DNA from: Lama glama
Taxonomy: Eukaryota
Length of the DNA stretch: 64,000 nucleotides
Reading direction: 5' to 3'
Assembly: GCA_028534125.1 (NCBI GenBank)
Contig: CM052837.1
Coordinates: forward strand, 2,170,001-2,234,000
Notes under the pieces: model-generated
What the model saw: the letters and a program-made list of their open reading frames with translations, nothing else
Told to the model about the DNA's origin: nothing
The model's database searches: none
Made by a program: the position numbers and the translations under genes
Part shown: in pieces, positions 1-13,469 of the stretch
Numbering within the stretch: the stretch's first letter is position 1
Layout: each line of letters opens with the position of its first letter

Positions 1-246
1 AGAAGTATTAGCAGAGAGGGACACTGGGCAAGGTGGGAAAGCCCATGTAAGTCTCTCTGGACAGCCCAGTCTCCCCCTGAATTCACAGTTCCACCTGAAG
101 TCACAGTCAGCCCTGAGAAACAGCCCGGGGTCCCCGCCACAGGGTCTGACAGCATCCAGATCCCTCGCAGGAGGGGCATCGTGTGTTTTGTGTTCCATCC
201 TTCACCACTGAAAATGTCGTGCACGCAAAACCAATACACCAGGGCC

Positions 247-708
247 GGGCTTGGCAAATGATGGCCCGTGGGCCAAACCTGGCCCTGCTCCTGTTTCGCA
301 TAGCCCGGGAGTTGAGAAAGGTTTTTTGTTGTTTTTTTTTTACCTTTTTCAATGGTTGAAAAGATTCAAAAGAATCATAATACATCATGATACGTGAAAA
401 TTATATGAAATTCAAATTTCAGTTTCTATAAATAAAGCTGTGCTGAAACAGCCCTGCGCCCTGAGCGGTTGTGACAGACACCATCTGGGCTGCAAAGCCT
501 AAAGTATTTGCTATCTGGCCCTTCACAGAAACTTTAAAAAATTTTCATTTACTTATTTATTTTCTTAGGGGGGAGGTAATTAGGTTTATTCATTTTTTTT
601 TTTAAAGTGGAGGTACTGGGGCTTGAACCCAGGACCTCGTGCATGCTGAGCACACGCTCTACCTCTGAGCTCTACCCTCCTCCCTTCACAGAAACCATTT
701 CCCAGCTC
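247..708 (+). mobile_element. MER58B-like hAT-Charlie DNA transposon relic, interrupted by a SINE
   Basis: Recognisable blocks ggcaaa..ggcccgtgggccaaa, gaaaattatatgaaattcaaatttcag and gcaaagcctaaagtatttgctatctggcccttcacagaa. Confidence 0.8.
533..681 (-). mobile_element. tRNA-Ala-derived SINE (Vic-1-like, long form)
   Basis: tRNA-like head with A/B boxes; exact 14-bp TSD cccttcacagaaac at 519-532 and 682-695. Confidence 0.88.
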
Positions 709-862
709 CACCCCCCCAGTCCTGAATGTCCCCGCAGGCCTGGCCTCGGAGGGACTCTGGTGAGGAGAATTTGTTTTGCCCTCAGGTTAGTATTTCCACG
801 TTTCCTTTGCCCTGAGACAAAGTCACAAAGCCAAGGCCACCAAAAGCTGAAAAGCCACTTAC

Positions 863-975
863 GTAGGATCCGTAGTCCACAGCCAGGGTCTGCAGGGCCC
901 AGGGGAGGCCGAGGCCGATGAGGATGTCAAACACGTTGCTCCCGATGGAGTTGGACACGGCCATGTCCCCCATGC
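863..975 (-). CDS. SLC24A3: SLC24A3 coding exon (probably exon 15), MGDMAVSNSIGSNVFDILIGLGLPWALQTLAVDYGSY
   Basis: 113 nt, phase 1-0; acceptor tcgcag, donor gtaagt. Confidence 0.96.
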
Positions 976-2105
976 CTGCGAGGACAAGAGGTCGTGCGAG
1001 TGAGGGAGGTGGTCCCGGGAGCGCAGCCCCGCCAGGACCCTCCCAGCCTTTGGCCTGAGAGCTGGGGACCTGGCGGACAGATGTGCCAGCCCAGGAGCTC
1101 GGCCCTCCCCCAGGCCATCGCTGTAGGATGACGCCGATTGTGAAACAGTCTACGGACCGTGCGTTGTCAACAGAATAGAACAGAACAGCATGAAACACAC
1201 ATCCTGTCTGCTGACTTCCACTTAAAGTATGGTCGCTGGTCAGATGTAAGTGGTTCAAAAAACCAGATACGGTTCCGAAAATTCTGAAACACCCTGTAGA
1301 AAGGAACCAACTCGACAGTCTCTAAGGGCTCCTGAGTTCACCAGCCCACACGGCGCAGCTTCGTCCCCCAGGTGTACCCAATGCTTCTTCTAAATAGCTG
1401 AGCAACATGAAGCAAAATAATGGAACCAGTAGAATTTCGTGAGGACCCGTGCAGGACGCTGTGCTAAGGGTTGCACTAAATGCGGTGTTTGCTGAAAACA
1501 AATGTCCTGTAGCACAAACCAGGCATATAATCAGAGTGGGTGCTGGGCACGGGCAGGGCCACCTGGGGGGGCGTCCACCTGGGAAGGTAAACTGTGAGCC
1601 TGGTTTTGAGGATGGGAGGGTCTGTCACACACTAAAGGGTGACCTCTGGCAACTGCCACTTTGAGGGGCACTGCAGCAGGTAACCCTTAGGCTGTAGGGG
1701 CCTGTCCTCTCTAAGCCTCAGTTTCCTTGTCCATAAAGTGGGTATATGAGTGTCCAAAACTCCGAGAACTGTTGTGTAAGTTTCACAAGATAATTTGTCT
1801 CAGTTGCTTTGTCCAGTGTGCGCTGCTCAGCAAAGATTATCACTACAGTAAAGAGTGTCACTACACTTATTACTCTTTTTAATGATAAAAGTAACACCAC
1901 CTCGGGAGGGGTGCGGGGCTGCTGAGAAAATGTCCCTGCCTTCCTCAAGGGCGGGTCCTCTGACTTGTTCTCTGTTCCTCTGATGCCAAGAACCCTTTTG
2001 ACCATCATGGCACCAGAGTTGCCCGTGGCTCCTTCCCAGCCGGGATCTGGCGTCCCGGTGATGGCCACGTGGCCCCGTCCCCTCCCTGCCCCCTCGAGGC
2101 CCCAC

Positions 2106-2220
2106 CTTGTCTGGCCACGATGAGGCTGGCCATGCAGTCGGGCACGCTGGTTCCAGCCGCCAGGAAGGTGATGCCCATGATGACGTCGGGGATCCCCAGG
2201 GTGTAACCGATGACGGTGAC
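2106..2220 (-). CDS. SLC24A3: SLC24A3 coding exon (probably exon 14), [38 protein letters not shown]
   Basis: 115 nt, phase 0-1; alpha-2 repeat motif; acceptor ccccag, donor gtgggg. Confidence 0.96.
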
Positions 2221-2759
2221 CTGGGGGGGCGGGAGGAGGCGGTGAGCTGAGGGCAGGCCCAGCCCCACCAGTCTGGGGACCCTCTGATCAAGAAGCAGAA
2301 AGGCCTGTGATCAGGACAGTCTCCCCGGGGGGCCAGGTCTGCTCTCTGCACCAAGACAGAATGCAAGGAGCATCTCGTGGAGCAGAGCGGGGCTGCAGGC
2401 GGGGGGCCGGCGTGCGGCTACCGAGCACGTGCTTTCCACCTGAAGGCTGGCCTTTTTCACTTGTTGCTTTCTGGACAGCGAGGGGCTTAAGAGAGGAGAA
2501 ACAGCTCCAGAAAAAGCTGGACAATATCTGAACTCAGGACGCTCCTGGGAAACCCAGACCGGATGCTGCCAGGTTGTGCAGGGAACCTGAGCGTCCGAGT
2601 CCCACCTGCACAGTCAGCCTTTACTAGACCTGCAGAGGGGCTGACCCCCGCCACCCAGTCTTGTAGGAACAGCCAGGAGCAGCAGGCTCCTTTCCTCTCT
2701 TCCTCCAAGCTTGGGAACACCATCTCTCTCCACACCATCTTCCATACTACGCTGGCTTC

Positions 2760-2950
2760 TGTTTGCTTAGTACTTGGGCTCTGTGCTCAGGGGTGATCAC
2801 GGGCTTTAACTTTTTTAATCCTCACCACAACCCCATAGAGGAGGTGCTAATATTAGCCCCATTCTGCAGATGAGGAAACTGAGGCCCTGTCCAAGGCCCG
2901 CACGCCAGGAAGCAGCAGAGGGCCATTCACACCCTGCAGTCAGGCCCCTG
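2760..2950 (-). mobile_element. MIR
   Basis: aatcctcaccacaacccc...cccattctgcagatgaggaaactgaggc core. Confidence 0.8.
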
Positions 2951-4599
2951 AGCCGGGGCAGGGCCCCTTTGTTTACACAGGAGGGATTAAGTCAGCGTGG
3001 GGTGGGAACACCAGACACCAGAGGCGTTGCTTCCTTTATGCAAATGAGCCCACGCTGGCTTGGACCAGCTGGGCAAGCTGAGAGGAAAGCAGGTGGTGAG
3101 AGGGCAGGAGGAGGGGCCGGTGGCAACAGTGAGGTCAGCGGAAAGAGACCAGTGTGGTGGACATCACCCCAGGAGAGGGTAAATTGCAAGAGCTGAAATG
3201 ATCAGGTCATTCTGGATGCCACTCGACCCCCCACTTTCTATAAAATTATAAAAAATGCAAACTGCATGTGGTTAGAAGCACACTCGGGGGGCAGCAACTG
3301 AAAGGGACACCTCTGCTGGAACCTGGCCTCGCTCCTTCCCTGCCCAGACCTGGAGGATGGTAGTGACATCCGGGGGGTGCCTGGCTCGGCCCCTTTCAAA
3401 CCAGAGACTGCACCTCACTTCCACTCAGGGCTGCACTCAACTCGGGGCGGCCTCGGGCTCCAGGGAGGACAGTGCATGCAGAAACACAGCATTTCTTCAG
3501 GTTCTTCTGGAGCCTTCTGTTAAATGAGCTCCCGCACCCTTTCTAACCCTCCGTGGGGTCCCTGCGGGAATCCGTCCAGCTCCGTGGGGCTCCGCCTGGG
3601 AAGGAGCCGCCCCCGCCCCGCCCGCTGTTACTGCGGTTACCATGGTTACGGCTGAGGCTGGAGTTTTGGGGAAGCGATTCTCCAGGTGGCTGGACCAGGT
3701 CTCGGGGCTCCTCCTGGTTTTCCCTCACTCCCAGCCGTTCCTCAGGGCTTCTCAGAACCCCCCAAGAGAGCCAGGAGGCAGACAGGAGGAAGGGGAACCT
3801 CGGGTCCCGGGGCTAACCTGCGTGTTACTGGGCTTTGGAGAAAACCATCGGGCCACCAAGGCTACTCCCCAGACCTGCCCCCAGCGCGAGGTCAAGTGAG
3901 AGTGTGCGTGAACACGGGGTGAGGGCGACACCTCTGGCTAAAAGATTTGAGTTGAAAAAAAAAATCACTTGTTTGTGAGGTTGAAAGCAAGGGATAAACA
4001 CAAGTTAGTTGTGTCAAGTTTATACAGCTGTTATTACCTCCAAAATAATCTTTTCAGAACCTTGTTTTCTCAGCTCTTAGGTTTAATTCTCCAGAATTTA
4101 CACTGTATTTCTATCCGACACTCAGGCACCATCAGATGTGCGTAACTTTGTCATGGCTTTTAATTTCTGCCCAGCTCTAATTCTAATGAGTTAGGCTCCC
4201 TCCTCAGGTAAAAAGCAGAGTCCTGCGTGGACAGGGCACTCTGCATGGCTGGGTTTCATAAAACGGGCTTTGGGGCAGAGGATCTGGTAAGCCACAGCCC
4301 TTCAATTAATGCCAATCCCTGGATCATTATTTCAGCTTCAGAAGGGACCCTTGGGTGGTCAGCTGGTCCAACGCCCTTCTTTTCTGGTTGAAGAAACTGA
4401 CCTGAGATCGGGGAAGTGGCTGTGATAGACGGATTCCCTCTCCCCCGTGCCTTACACCTTTCCTCCAGGCCCTTTGCTGTGACTCTGCTGTTCTTCCTAC
4501 TCGAGCGTCCCACTGTGTTTTCCCCACTCCACTGACACTGGGCTTGGTTGATGGAGTGTGGGTGGGAGCCACGAGTCAAGGCCCAGGAAGCACCTGTGT

Positions 4600-4891
4600 T
4601 TGCCCACACCCTCTGGCTGTGCAGTGACCCACCAGAAGACATCCCCCAGGTAGCCACTGGTCCAAAACAGATGAGCAAACACACAGAGTGAACATGAACC
4701 CCACTTGCTGCCTGAATCAAAGGTAATCAGGCTGGAGCTCGAAGCAGACTGCTTAACCAGTGCCTCCTAAGATTAATCACCCCACAGTCCACCTGCTGAC
4801 ACATGAGTAGGAGGAAACATTCTTGTGATTCTAAATCACAATGTTAGGGCTGGTTGTTATGCAGCATACTACCACAGTAGCTGACTGATAC
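4600..4891 (+). mobile_element. MLT1 (MaLR) LTR relic
   Basis: Typical end ggttgttatgcagcat...agctgactgataca. Confidence 0.65.
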
Positions 4892-4988
4892 AGTTACTGG
4901 GCTGAAACCCCTGCCCCTTCTCCCCTCGGGTTGAGAGTTTTTCTCTCTGAAGAGCTCCGTCACTGCCTGGGGGCCTGGACACACTCAC

Positions 4989-5155
4989 CATCCACACCAT
5001 GATGTAGGAGAAGGCTGCGATCCACAACGTGGAGGAAGCGAACGTCACCATAAACCACTTCTCCCAGCGGGGCTTGTTGCAGTTGGGGACAGTGAAGTAT
5101 AAGACGAAGCTCAGGGGCCAGGTGAACGCCCATTTCACTGTTTCCAGTTTGCCAG
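4989..5155 (-). CDS. SLC24A3: SLC24A3 coding exon (probably exon 13), GKLETVKWAFTWP...FSYIMVWM
   Basis: 167 nt, phase 1-0; poly-T tract then ccccag, donor gtgagt. Confidence 0.96.
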
Positions 5156-5939
5156 CTGGGGAAATAAAGGCAAAAAAAAAAAAATCAGCGAGCTGCGTTT
5201 CTCTGCTCCTCAGATACTGACACCCCAACGCAAGGCCTGTGACATAAATCTGATCACATTGCTCTTTTGCTCAAAGACTCAAGTGGCTTTCCACCACCAA
5301 CAGAAGAAAAAATTATCCACTGCCCACCTGCTCGTTAGGCCTTAAAATGACAGGATGAGTCACATCTGAGTAACACAGGGCTCGGGGGAGAGTTTGGCAG
5401 ATGGAGCCAGTGGAAAAGGATGAGGAAGAGTCTCAGGACACAGAAGGGGGTGTGGGGCATGTGTGGGGGTCAGGAGGAGATGAGGGAGGGGAGGTAAAGG
5501 CCACCAGCTGCCTCTGGTCCTTCTCCCCAGGGATGCAACAATGTGGTCCCAGACTACAAGGCGTCAGTGGTCACAGCGCCATCTAGTGGGGTTGCTCAAC
5601 ATCGCCTGTCAATTCGCTGAAATCGCGAAGGAAGGACAGTATGTACGCTCTCAAAGCTGTCAAAACGCTGCTGGAGTGTTTGCATTCCAAGCTGCTGCGG
5701 ATTTGCATATTAATGATTGCTTCCTGGCTCTCTCACTAGCTGCTGCCACGACCAAGAGGAGGGATCTGTCAGTGATGACCCGAGCCTACATCTCGGCTGC
5801 CCGAGTGCTGGGGATCTGCGACAGCTGTGACGGCTTATTCGGGGACTGGATTACCGTGAGTTCTTGTGGCCTCGGATTTAAAAAACACATTCGGTCTCCT
5901 CCTTTAGTCGTTACCCTCCTGCTTAAGTGCCAACTCACC

Positions 5940-6440
5940 TCCGAAAAGAATTTTGTGCACATATACATACTTCCTTCTTCAATCAGTATCTCCACCTTCC
6001 AGAAAGTTCCCTGTGCCTCCTGCTGGTCTACATTCCACTGCCTACTACCACGGATTAGGTTTTCCTGTAAAACTTCCAATAAATGAAATCATAGGGCGTT
6101 TTGGGGATCTGCCGTCTTTTATTCAACACAATGTCTTTCTGAGTTTCATTCGTGTGTCAGTATCCGGTCCTAATTGCCCTGGACCGTTCCATCCTGTGAA
6201 CACCCCGCGGGTTGTTTATCCAGTCTCCTGTGCGTGGGATTTGGGCTGCTGCCAGTTTTCAGGTATCACAGCTAGAGAGGCTGTGCGCTTTCTTGGGCAA
6301 GTCTTTCCGTGGCATGTTTTCATTTCTCTGGGGCCAAGACCCAGGAGGAGAATTGCTGAGTCATAAGGGAGGGTGTTATTTAACTTTATGAGAAACTGCT
6401 AAACAGACTTCTAAGATGATTGTGTCATTTTATATTCCCC
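5940..6440 (-). mobile_element. Old L1M 3' relic
   Basis: gtttatccagtctcctg...gttttcatttctctggg...ggagaattgctgagtcata...gagaaactgctaaacag. Confidence 0.65.
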
Positions 6441-7499
6441 CCAAGGTTAAAGAGGTATTTTTAAAATTACATTTTGAACAGTGATTAATACAGTGTTTAA
6501 CAAAATTGATTTCATAATTTTACCCTGGCATCCAGCACTTACTTCATGTCTCTCTTACCAGTCTCCAGTTTCTTAAAACTGCAGAGTGAAGTTACAGAAG
6601 GTCACTTCTGGCCCCTGGTCTCCCTGGATGGTGGGGTGGCCCCTCAGGGGAGGGAGGGCTTTCTCATCAGACAGCACTGGGTCGGCTCCCTGCTCTGTCT
6701 GAGTCGAATGGCCCAGTTAATTAAATTCCCTAAGCCTCAGTTTCCCGGTCTGTAAAACGTGGACACAGAGGCACTGAGCTTGCAGTTTCAGGCAGAATTC
6801 AATGAACCCTTAGGATAGGGGCTGGGACCATGTAAGTCTGCAAGTTGCTGGAGTCAAAATCCTCAGAATCTTCTTGACTCTTGCCAATCTTTCACCCCGA
6901 CCCCGACCCTGGCAACCAGCCCAGGGCACTCAGTCTGTCTGCAGCTGCCTCTCCCCACCGCCCCGCCTTGGGCCAGGTCCTCCATCTGTGAGCTGGCAGG
7001 AGGGCTGGCTTCCTAAGGGGACTCCCTGCTCCCTCACCTGGCCCACCTCCAGCTGCTTGCCACGGAAAACAAACCGCTCTAGAACCTTCCCCTGGCTTCC
7101 ACTGCCCTCGGAGCAAAGCCACCAAGGCAAATGACTGACTGATTGGACTCCCACTTACCATCACCCTCCTGACACATGCCCCTGCCTCCAAGCCCCTTCC
7201 TTTCTGCCCCAGGGACTTTGCTTTGGTGGTTCCCTTTATGTGGCTCTCGGGGCTGAGTCGTCCTGTCGCGCAGGGCACCTCCAGCCCAAGTGTCACCAGA
7301 CCCCTCAGATCACCCGGTCTCAGCCAGGTCCCCACTCGCCCCACCCCATCCTTCGCCCTCCCATCACCTGCATTTATTTGCTTCTTAGCAAGTGTTTTCT
7401 ATCTGAGATTATCATTATTTATTTCCTCACTTATTCTCAGTTACTCCCAAACCAGAATATAAACTCTACAACGACGTGTCTTCTCCAGCTTGCTCACTC

Positions 7500-7661
7500 T
7501 TCTGTTTTTGTTTTTTTTAATAGCTTGGCGAGCATCTCTTTTTTGGAGGGGGTGGTTATTAGGTTTACTTATTTCCTTTTTTAGTGAAGGTCCTGGGGCT
7601 TGAACCCAGGACCTCGTGCACGCTAAGCATGCGCCCTACCGCTTGAGCCAGACCCTCCCCC
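7500..7661 (-). mobile_element. tRNA-Ala-derived SINE (long form)
   Basis: Same head (cttgaacccaggacctcgtgcacgctaagcat) and same gg..tattaggttta linker as the copy at 533. Confidence 0.85.
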
Positions 7662-9510
7662 TCTCACCCCTGTTCTGGTGCCACGAACAGTGCAGGGCAT
7701 ACATCACGTCCTCAGAACATATTACATCAACAGTAATAACGTCGCTGTGAACAATCTAATCAGACCAAAGAAAATGATTTGTTTCTGAGAGCCTAACGGT
7801 ATCCCACTTACAGGCGCATAGTAAAGCAGAGAAAACACCTTATGAAGAAAGGGGAAGTCTCTTCCTACAGGCTGCCCTGCATCTTGTCAGATTTAAGGTT
7901 TGGAGATGGCAAAGTGGACAATGAGGCATTGGCTGTGTCTGGCGGGATTACGAAGCAAGACTGCTTGGGAGTTTTTTGTGAGGAGCTTTCAAACGCTGCA
8001 CAGCCCACAACACGGCCAGACCCTTGGCCCCCACGCGCCTCCTGGAATTCCGCGTGTTCCTGAACCCCGCACTGTGGTGACAAGTGATGCAGCCACCTGG
8101 GGCTCTCGGCATCCCCTCCCCGCCTTCCGGTCCTCCTGACGCCCTCGCAGGGAGAGGGGGAGACTTGGTTTGCTTTAAAATACACGTTCAATAAAGTCAC
8201 AAAGAAACACACGGATGGGAAGAGAAATGACTTCGCCCTGGCTCTCTCTCATTCTTCAGAAAATAAAAAAGAGGAGAAAATAGAGTCAGAACCATGACTG
8301 CAAGAGCTTAGAAAATGATACTGAGGAGGGAAAGTTGCAAGCAGGGTCAGCTCCAGGGAGTTTAGAGTTTTTTCCTTTCAGCTGCTTTAAAAAGCCTGAC
8401 TTCGACTCTGGGAGGGCATTCTACCTAGAAAGCAGTTTTCACCATCATTAAAAATGTTACAGGCGCTTTCTTTAAGTTATAGATCCATCGTAACAACCGC
8501 AAACAGTGGGCAAGTTCAATGAGCTTTATCTGGAAAGTGCCCGTGAGCGCAGAGTAACAAAGGTAGCTCGCTGAACAAGCCAAGTGATGCAGACATGTGC
8601 TTCTGAAGAGATTTTGAGACATCAGATGAGAATCATCTAGATTTTAGCTAGTCTAAATTTCCATTTCTGAAAATAAAGGCGTAAAAATCGTTCCTTTCCT
8701 CTTTAAGTCAACAGTCCTTCTGGGCAGTTTTCCATTTTTTGCTCCATTGCCGCGTGGTCTAATAGAGCCCCCGCCCCACTGCGGGGAGGCGGGTGCATTC
8801 ATCAATTTAACAAATATTCACTGGACGCCAATGCCGCCGCCCCTCTGTGCCGGCACTGCTCAGCGCTGAGGGTACAGCAGCGAACAAAGAAAACACAGCT
8901 CCCTGCGCCTGAAACCCATGTACCAGCGATCACGGGACCTCTCGAAAGTCAGCCTGAAAGTCCGGGATGGAAGCAAGCGTGTGAGCCGGGGTCTCTGAGC
9001 ACAGAGCATCCCTTGGAGAGCCACTGCCCCTAAAACAAGGGACTTGTTCCTAAGTTGTATTCCTTTAAACAGTCATCTAAAATTTTGCATTAATTTTTTA
9101 TTTTTATTGTGTTATAATGAACATGCAGTATGATATGAACACTGCAGGTGCACACGATGAGTCGATATTTTTATGCACTGTGAACAGATCACTGCGTTAC
9201 CTTCCGTCAGCCAGCATACTAAGTTACAGTCCTTAGCAAGCTGGATGGAGAAAAAGTCATCGCTCAGCATTGCAGACCTAGGGCTAAGGATGTAAATTTG
9301 TTCTAATTATGTGGGCAATAAAAATGCACCTTGTGTTAAAATGGAAAATATAGAGAAAACAAAAAATAATTCCACCAGGGTAAACCTACTCATATTTTGG
9401 TGTATTTCCTTTCAGCGTTTGTTTCAGGGAAGTGCATTTACCTACATACACATGTTAGTGTTTCTCCTTCTATCAGCAAGAAGGCTATCTTCTCACAAGG
9501 GATAAGAATT

Positions 9511-9646
9511 TACAGGGAACAATATTTAATAGCTTGTAATAATTTATAATGAAAAGAATATGAAAAATAATATATATATAACTGAATCACTGCGCTGTAC
9601 ACCAGAAACTAACATAACAATGTAAATTAACTCTGCTTCCATAAAA
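9511..9646 (+). mobile_element. Short LINE-1 3' terminal fragment
   Basis: acagggaac...actgaatcactgcgctgtacaccagaaactaac matches the other L1 ends in the window. Confidence 0.82.
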
Positions 9647-9654
9647 CAGTAAGA

Positions 9655-10000
9655 CTATGTGTACAATCTACATGCATGCAGACATGTGTGTATAGTACGC
9701 ACAGGTGTGTAGAACAAAAAAACCTATGTAACCTCTACGTACGTTACATGCACATATAAACGCGGGTATGCTAGTATCTGTGTATACATTATATAGTATA
9801 CAATATATTAAATACACAGAAATTTTGTATATAAATGTACAATCTGTTAACATGTATAAATAGTTGCCTATTAATATACAATACATTGCATGTGTGCAGC
9901 ATGTAGAAAACATGTTGTATGCATATGTTACGCACCTGCACACGGCATGCATGTATGCACACACACCTATGCTCACGTGCACACGCGTGTCCCACATATT
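9655..10000. repeat. Low-complexity alternating purine-pyrimidine (TA/CA/TG) region
   Basis: catgcatgca, tgtatacattatatagtataca, gcatgcatgtatgcacacacac. Confidence 0.7.
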
Positions 10001-11685
10001 CCTATAGTTCCATAAACCCACGTGATTACTACTTGTTCGTCATACACAGCAGAGTCACGCCCTGATGGCAGGAACAGGGTGCCCAGGACGTCGCAGGATA
10101 CCATGCGAGGGAGGGGGACGTGGCCTCACCCCGTAGAGGGCCCTTTGTCAGACCAGGAGCTTGGCGTGAGAGGACCCTCGCGTGCCCTCTGCTGGCCTGA
10201 GGCACCTGCCGCCTGCTCACTGGGGCTGCGAGGAGGTCAGCCCCCGGGGGAGGGCCAGCCTGGACGCCGGGCCACCAGCCTCAGGGGGCGGTTTCTGAGT
10301 CTGGGAGTGGGGTTTCTCAGCAGCTGGTGGAGGAGAACAGGGGGCCATCACTGGACAAGCCCATTCTCCATTCCAGAGGCGGAGCCTGGCCCTGAACTAG
10401 TGTCACAGAGGAGCCGTGAGGCTGGCTGCAGGGACTCCGGGCCTCTGGTCCTGCCACCCCGCTGTGGCCCACAGACCTGCAGCATCCGCGGTGGAATGCA
10501 GCTGAGAGCCCCTGGGGGCGGCAGGACCACACAGAGCATCCTTCCTCCTTGCGGGCCTGTGCTTCTAAAGGACGCAGGATGCCTGAGGGGGGTTCCCGAG
10601 CCCACACCTGTAGGCAGCCTCGTCTCCTAACACAAGGGAGGGCATGGCGGTGGGGCTAGAAGCCCTGGGTCCTCCGCACCCGCATCCTAATCACAGAGGC
10701 GGGCCGGGAGGAGTTCCAGGTGCCCTGAAACCTCACAGCTAGGTCTGGCATTGATCTGACCAGGTGAGAAACAGGGAACACGGGGCCCGAGAGGCCCTTC
10801 CGTCCTGAGCGACGGTCTGTCTGCTCACACACGTGTCCTTGTCCACCTGGAGGGGTGCGTGTGGGGCCTCCTGGGCTCCGACGGCCAAGGCAGCACATGG
10901 CCACTTACAGCCTCTTCAGTTGGCCCCGCTGTCTCCCTCATTAGGGAAGGGCTTTAGCCACGTGAGCATTCCTGGAGCTTGGTTATGGACTGAGAACAAG
11001 GGCTGGGGGGGACAGGATTCCAGACACAGCCCCGAGACTCTGCCCCCCGACTCTCAGAGCCCGTGGGGAGGATGAACCACCTGTCCCGCGACTCTGCCAC
11101 ACTGTGGGGCCAAGCTGACCTGCAGGCCAGGAGGTCACGATCCGTCACCGGAGCCCTCAGAGGCAGAAGGGGAAACCAGAGGGGAGAGCGATGAGGAGTG
11201 TGAGGAGGACCAGACGCGACACACGGGACTGGTTTGAAGAGCGAGGGGCCACGCGACATGGAAGGTGGGGGTCCCCGGGGGCAGGGAGCAGCCCCCAGTG
11301 ACAGCCACAGCCGTACACCCAACAGGAACCGCCTCCTGCCAGGAACCCGCATGTGCGGGGCCCCCGGCAAGGGCCACAGCCCGGCTGCCACCTCCATCAC
11401 GGCCCCTCCAGCCTCGGGGCAGCCAGCCAGGCTGTGCCTGACTTCTGACTGCCAGAATCCACAGCCACCCAGTGGGTGGGTAAGCCACGCAGCTTGCGCT
11501 GATTTAGGAAGGAACAGAAAAGGCACATGAGGGCTTACGAGGGAGGCGCGGAGGGTTTGGTCATTTAAACTCCAACATATTTCTGTCCTGGCAGACAGGA
11601 AGGTTGCCAGGAAATATCGACAAAGGTGGCAAAAGGGGTAAAGAGGCAGGGGACTCTTTTCTATCAAGATAACCTGCTAACAGCA

Positions 11686-12072
11686 GACCTAGAGATGCTC
11701 ATACTAAGTGAAGCAGGCCAGACACGGAGAAACATCATATGACGTCACTTATCTGTGGAATCTTAAAAATCGATACAGATGAACTTCTTTACAAAACAGA
11801 AACAGACTCACAGACACAGAAAAGAATCTTACATTACAAAGGGGAAGGGTGGGAGGGATAAATTCAGACTTTGGAATTAACAGATACACACACTGTCTAT
11901 AAAATAGATAAACCACAGGGTCCTACTGTAGAGCACAGGGAGCTACGTCCAGTGTCTTGTCACAGCCTAGAATGGAAAGGAATCTGAAAAGGAATATATA
12001 TATATCTAACTCACTATGCCGTACACCAGAAACTTATACATTATAAATCAACTATACTTCAATTTAAAAAAA
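11686..12072 (+). mobile_element. LINE-1 3' end
   Basis: Same 3' UTR family, A tail; degenerate TSD aacct(g/a)ct(a/g)acag. Confidence 0.9.
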
Positions 12073-13201
12073 AACCTACTGACAGTAATTTACCTTTGGT
12101 GGGCGGTTCTGGCTCTGGGGCACAGGGACCTGGGTGGTTACTTTCTAGTTAGTTTTGGGAAGGACTTAACCAGGTGGAGATCTCAGCAGCCCCGTGGGGG
12201 CCTGGGAGCAGTTCTGGCTGGAGCTTTATTTGCTGTCCCTGGACACAGAGAAGGACCCTGCATCTGAAAGCAACACGAACTCTGACACTCTGCACCCACG
12301 TCCCACCATTAAGTGGCCTTTCGAGTGGGTCCAGCCTATCCAATCCCTCCTCAGAATTTACTGTCCTCCCATAAACTGAAACATCTCAGAGAAGACACAC
12401 AGGCTAATTAAGCTTCACATGCTTGACAGTGAAAATGAACCAGACCAGCGCACTCTTTCTCGAAACAGCCGGAAACTTCTGGAAGGTCCAGCACATAGGC
12501 AGAATTCTTTGGGCTTGGTCCACCCATTCCACTAATGGATGGGGCGGGGGTACAAGGTCACTGGAACGGCCAAGGCTTCGTTGGAGGCAGCAGTCAGGGG
12601 AGTCCTGAAAGCTGGCGGGGGTCCTGAAAGCTTTACAAGCCCTGCCCGTCCCTGTCAAGGTACCAGGAGATTCCCGGGCCGGCCCTGCTGTGAGATTTGG
12701 ATGCTTTCTGCCCAGGTGTGCATCTCCCGTGGGGGAAGCAGCAGGCTATGGGACAGGAGGGACCCGAATGGGGACGAAAGAAGAACAAAAGCCAACGGGG
12801 AGGATGCAGTGTCCCCAGGGCTGGCCTTGTCAGGACAGCGCCCCCACTGACGCGCGGGATGGTGACGGTGGGAGAAGCCCCTCCTCCCCCGAGCACCAAG
12901 CTGCCCTGCCCACAGGTCGCGTGCCTTCCTCCTCGGCACCACAGGCCCTGAGGAACAGCTGAGAGACAGCCTTCCTCCTCCACGTGCCCACCTTTCAACC
13001 AGTGACCGCCAGCCGCCATCCTGGTCACCTCTGGACCCTCCACAACTGAGTCTTACCCACTGTCAAATTAATACAATATTTCTGTGTTCATACAGAAATA
13101 TTTCCCTGAACTCAATGCCAGAGGGACCACCAGAGTCCAGGGCGTCTGCTCAGGGGCCTGAGAGCGGCTCCGGGCCCCAGCCCCGCCGCAGGACCACTCA
13201 C

Positions 13202-13469
13202 AGGGGGGGTCGAACGGCGTGTAGGGTCCCTCCTCGCCCTCCTCGTCCTCCTCGTCCTCCTCGTCCTGGTCGTTCTCGTTGTCCTCGTTCTCATTCTCCG
13301 CCTCGTCGCCAGCCTCAGCGACGGCGTCGTCCCTCCGGGCCCGGCTGCCGCCTCTGTCCGGGGCGCTGCCTGGCCCCGTCCCGTTCTCCACCGTGTGCTT
13401 GATGGGGATTCTGATGGCCACCTCGGACTCCCCGTTGGCATAAGCCCTGCTGTTGATCAGTCTCTGCCT
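13202..13469 (-). CDS. SLC24A3: SLC24A3 coding exon (probably exon 12), cytoplasmic loop with acidic tract
   Basis: 268 nt, phase 0-1; RQRLINSRAY...ENEDNENDQDEEDEEDEEGEEGPYTPFDPP; acceptor ttccag, donor gtgagt. Confidence 0.95.

Noticed and set aside
607-681. tRNA-Ala-like sequences here and at six other sites as real tRNA genes
   Set aside because: They have A-rich tails, several have clear TSDs, and copies diverge from one another: SINE heads.
5701-5716. Isolated octamer motifs (3038, 5701, 27771, 40214, 44230)
   Set aside because: Single 8-mers occur by chance in 64 kb and have no supporting cluster.
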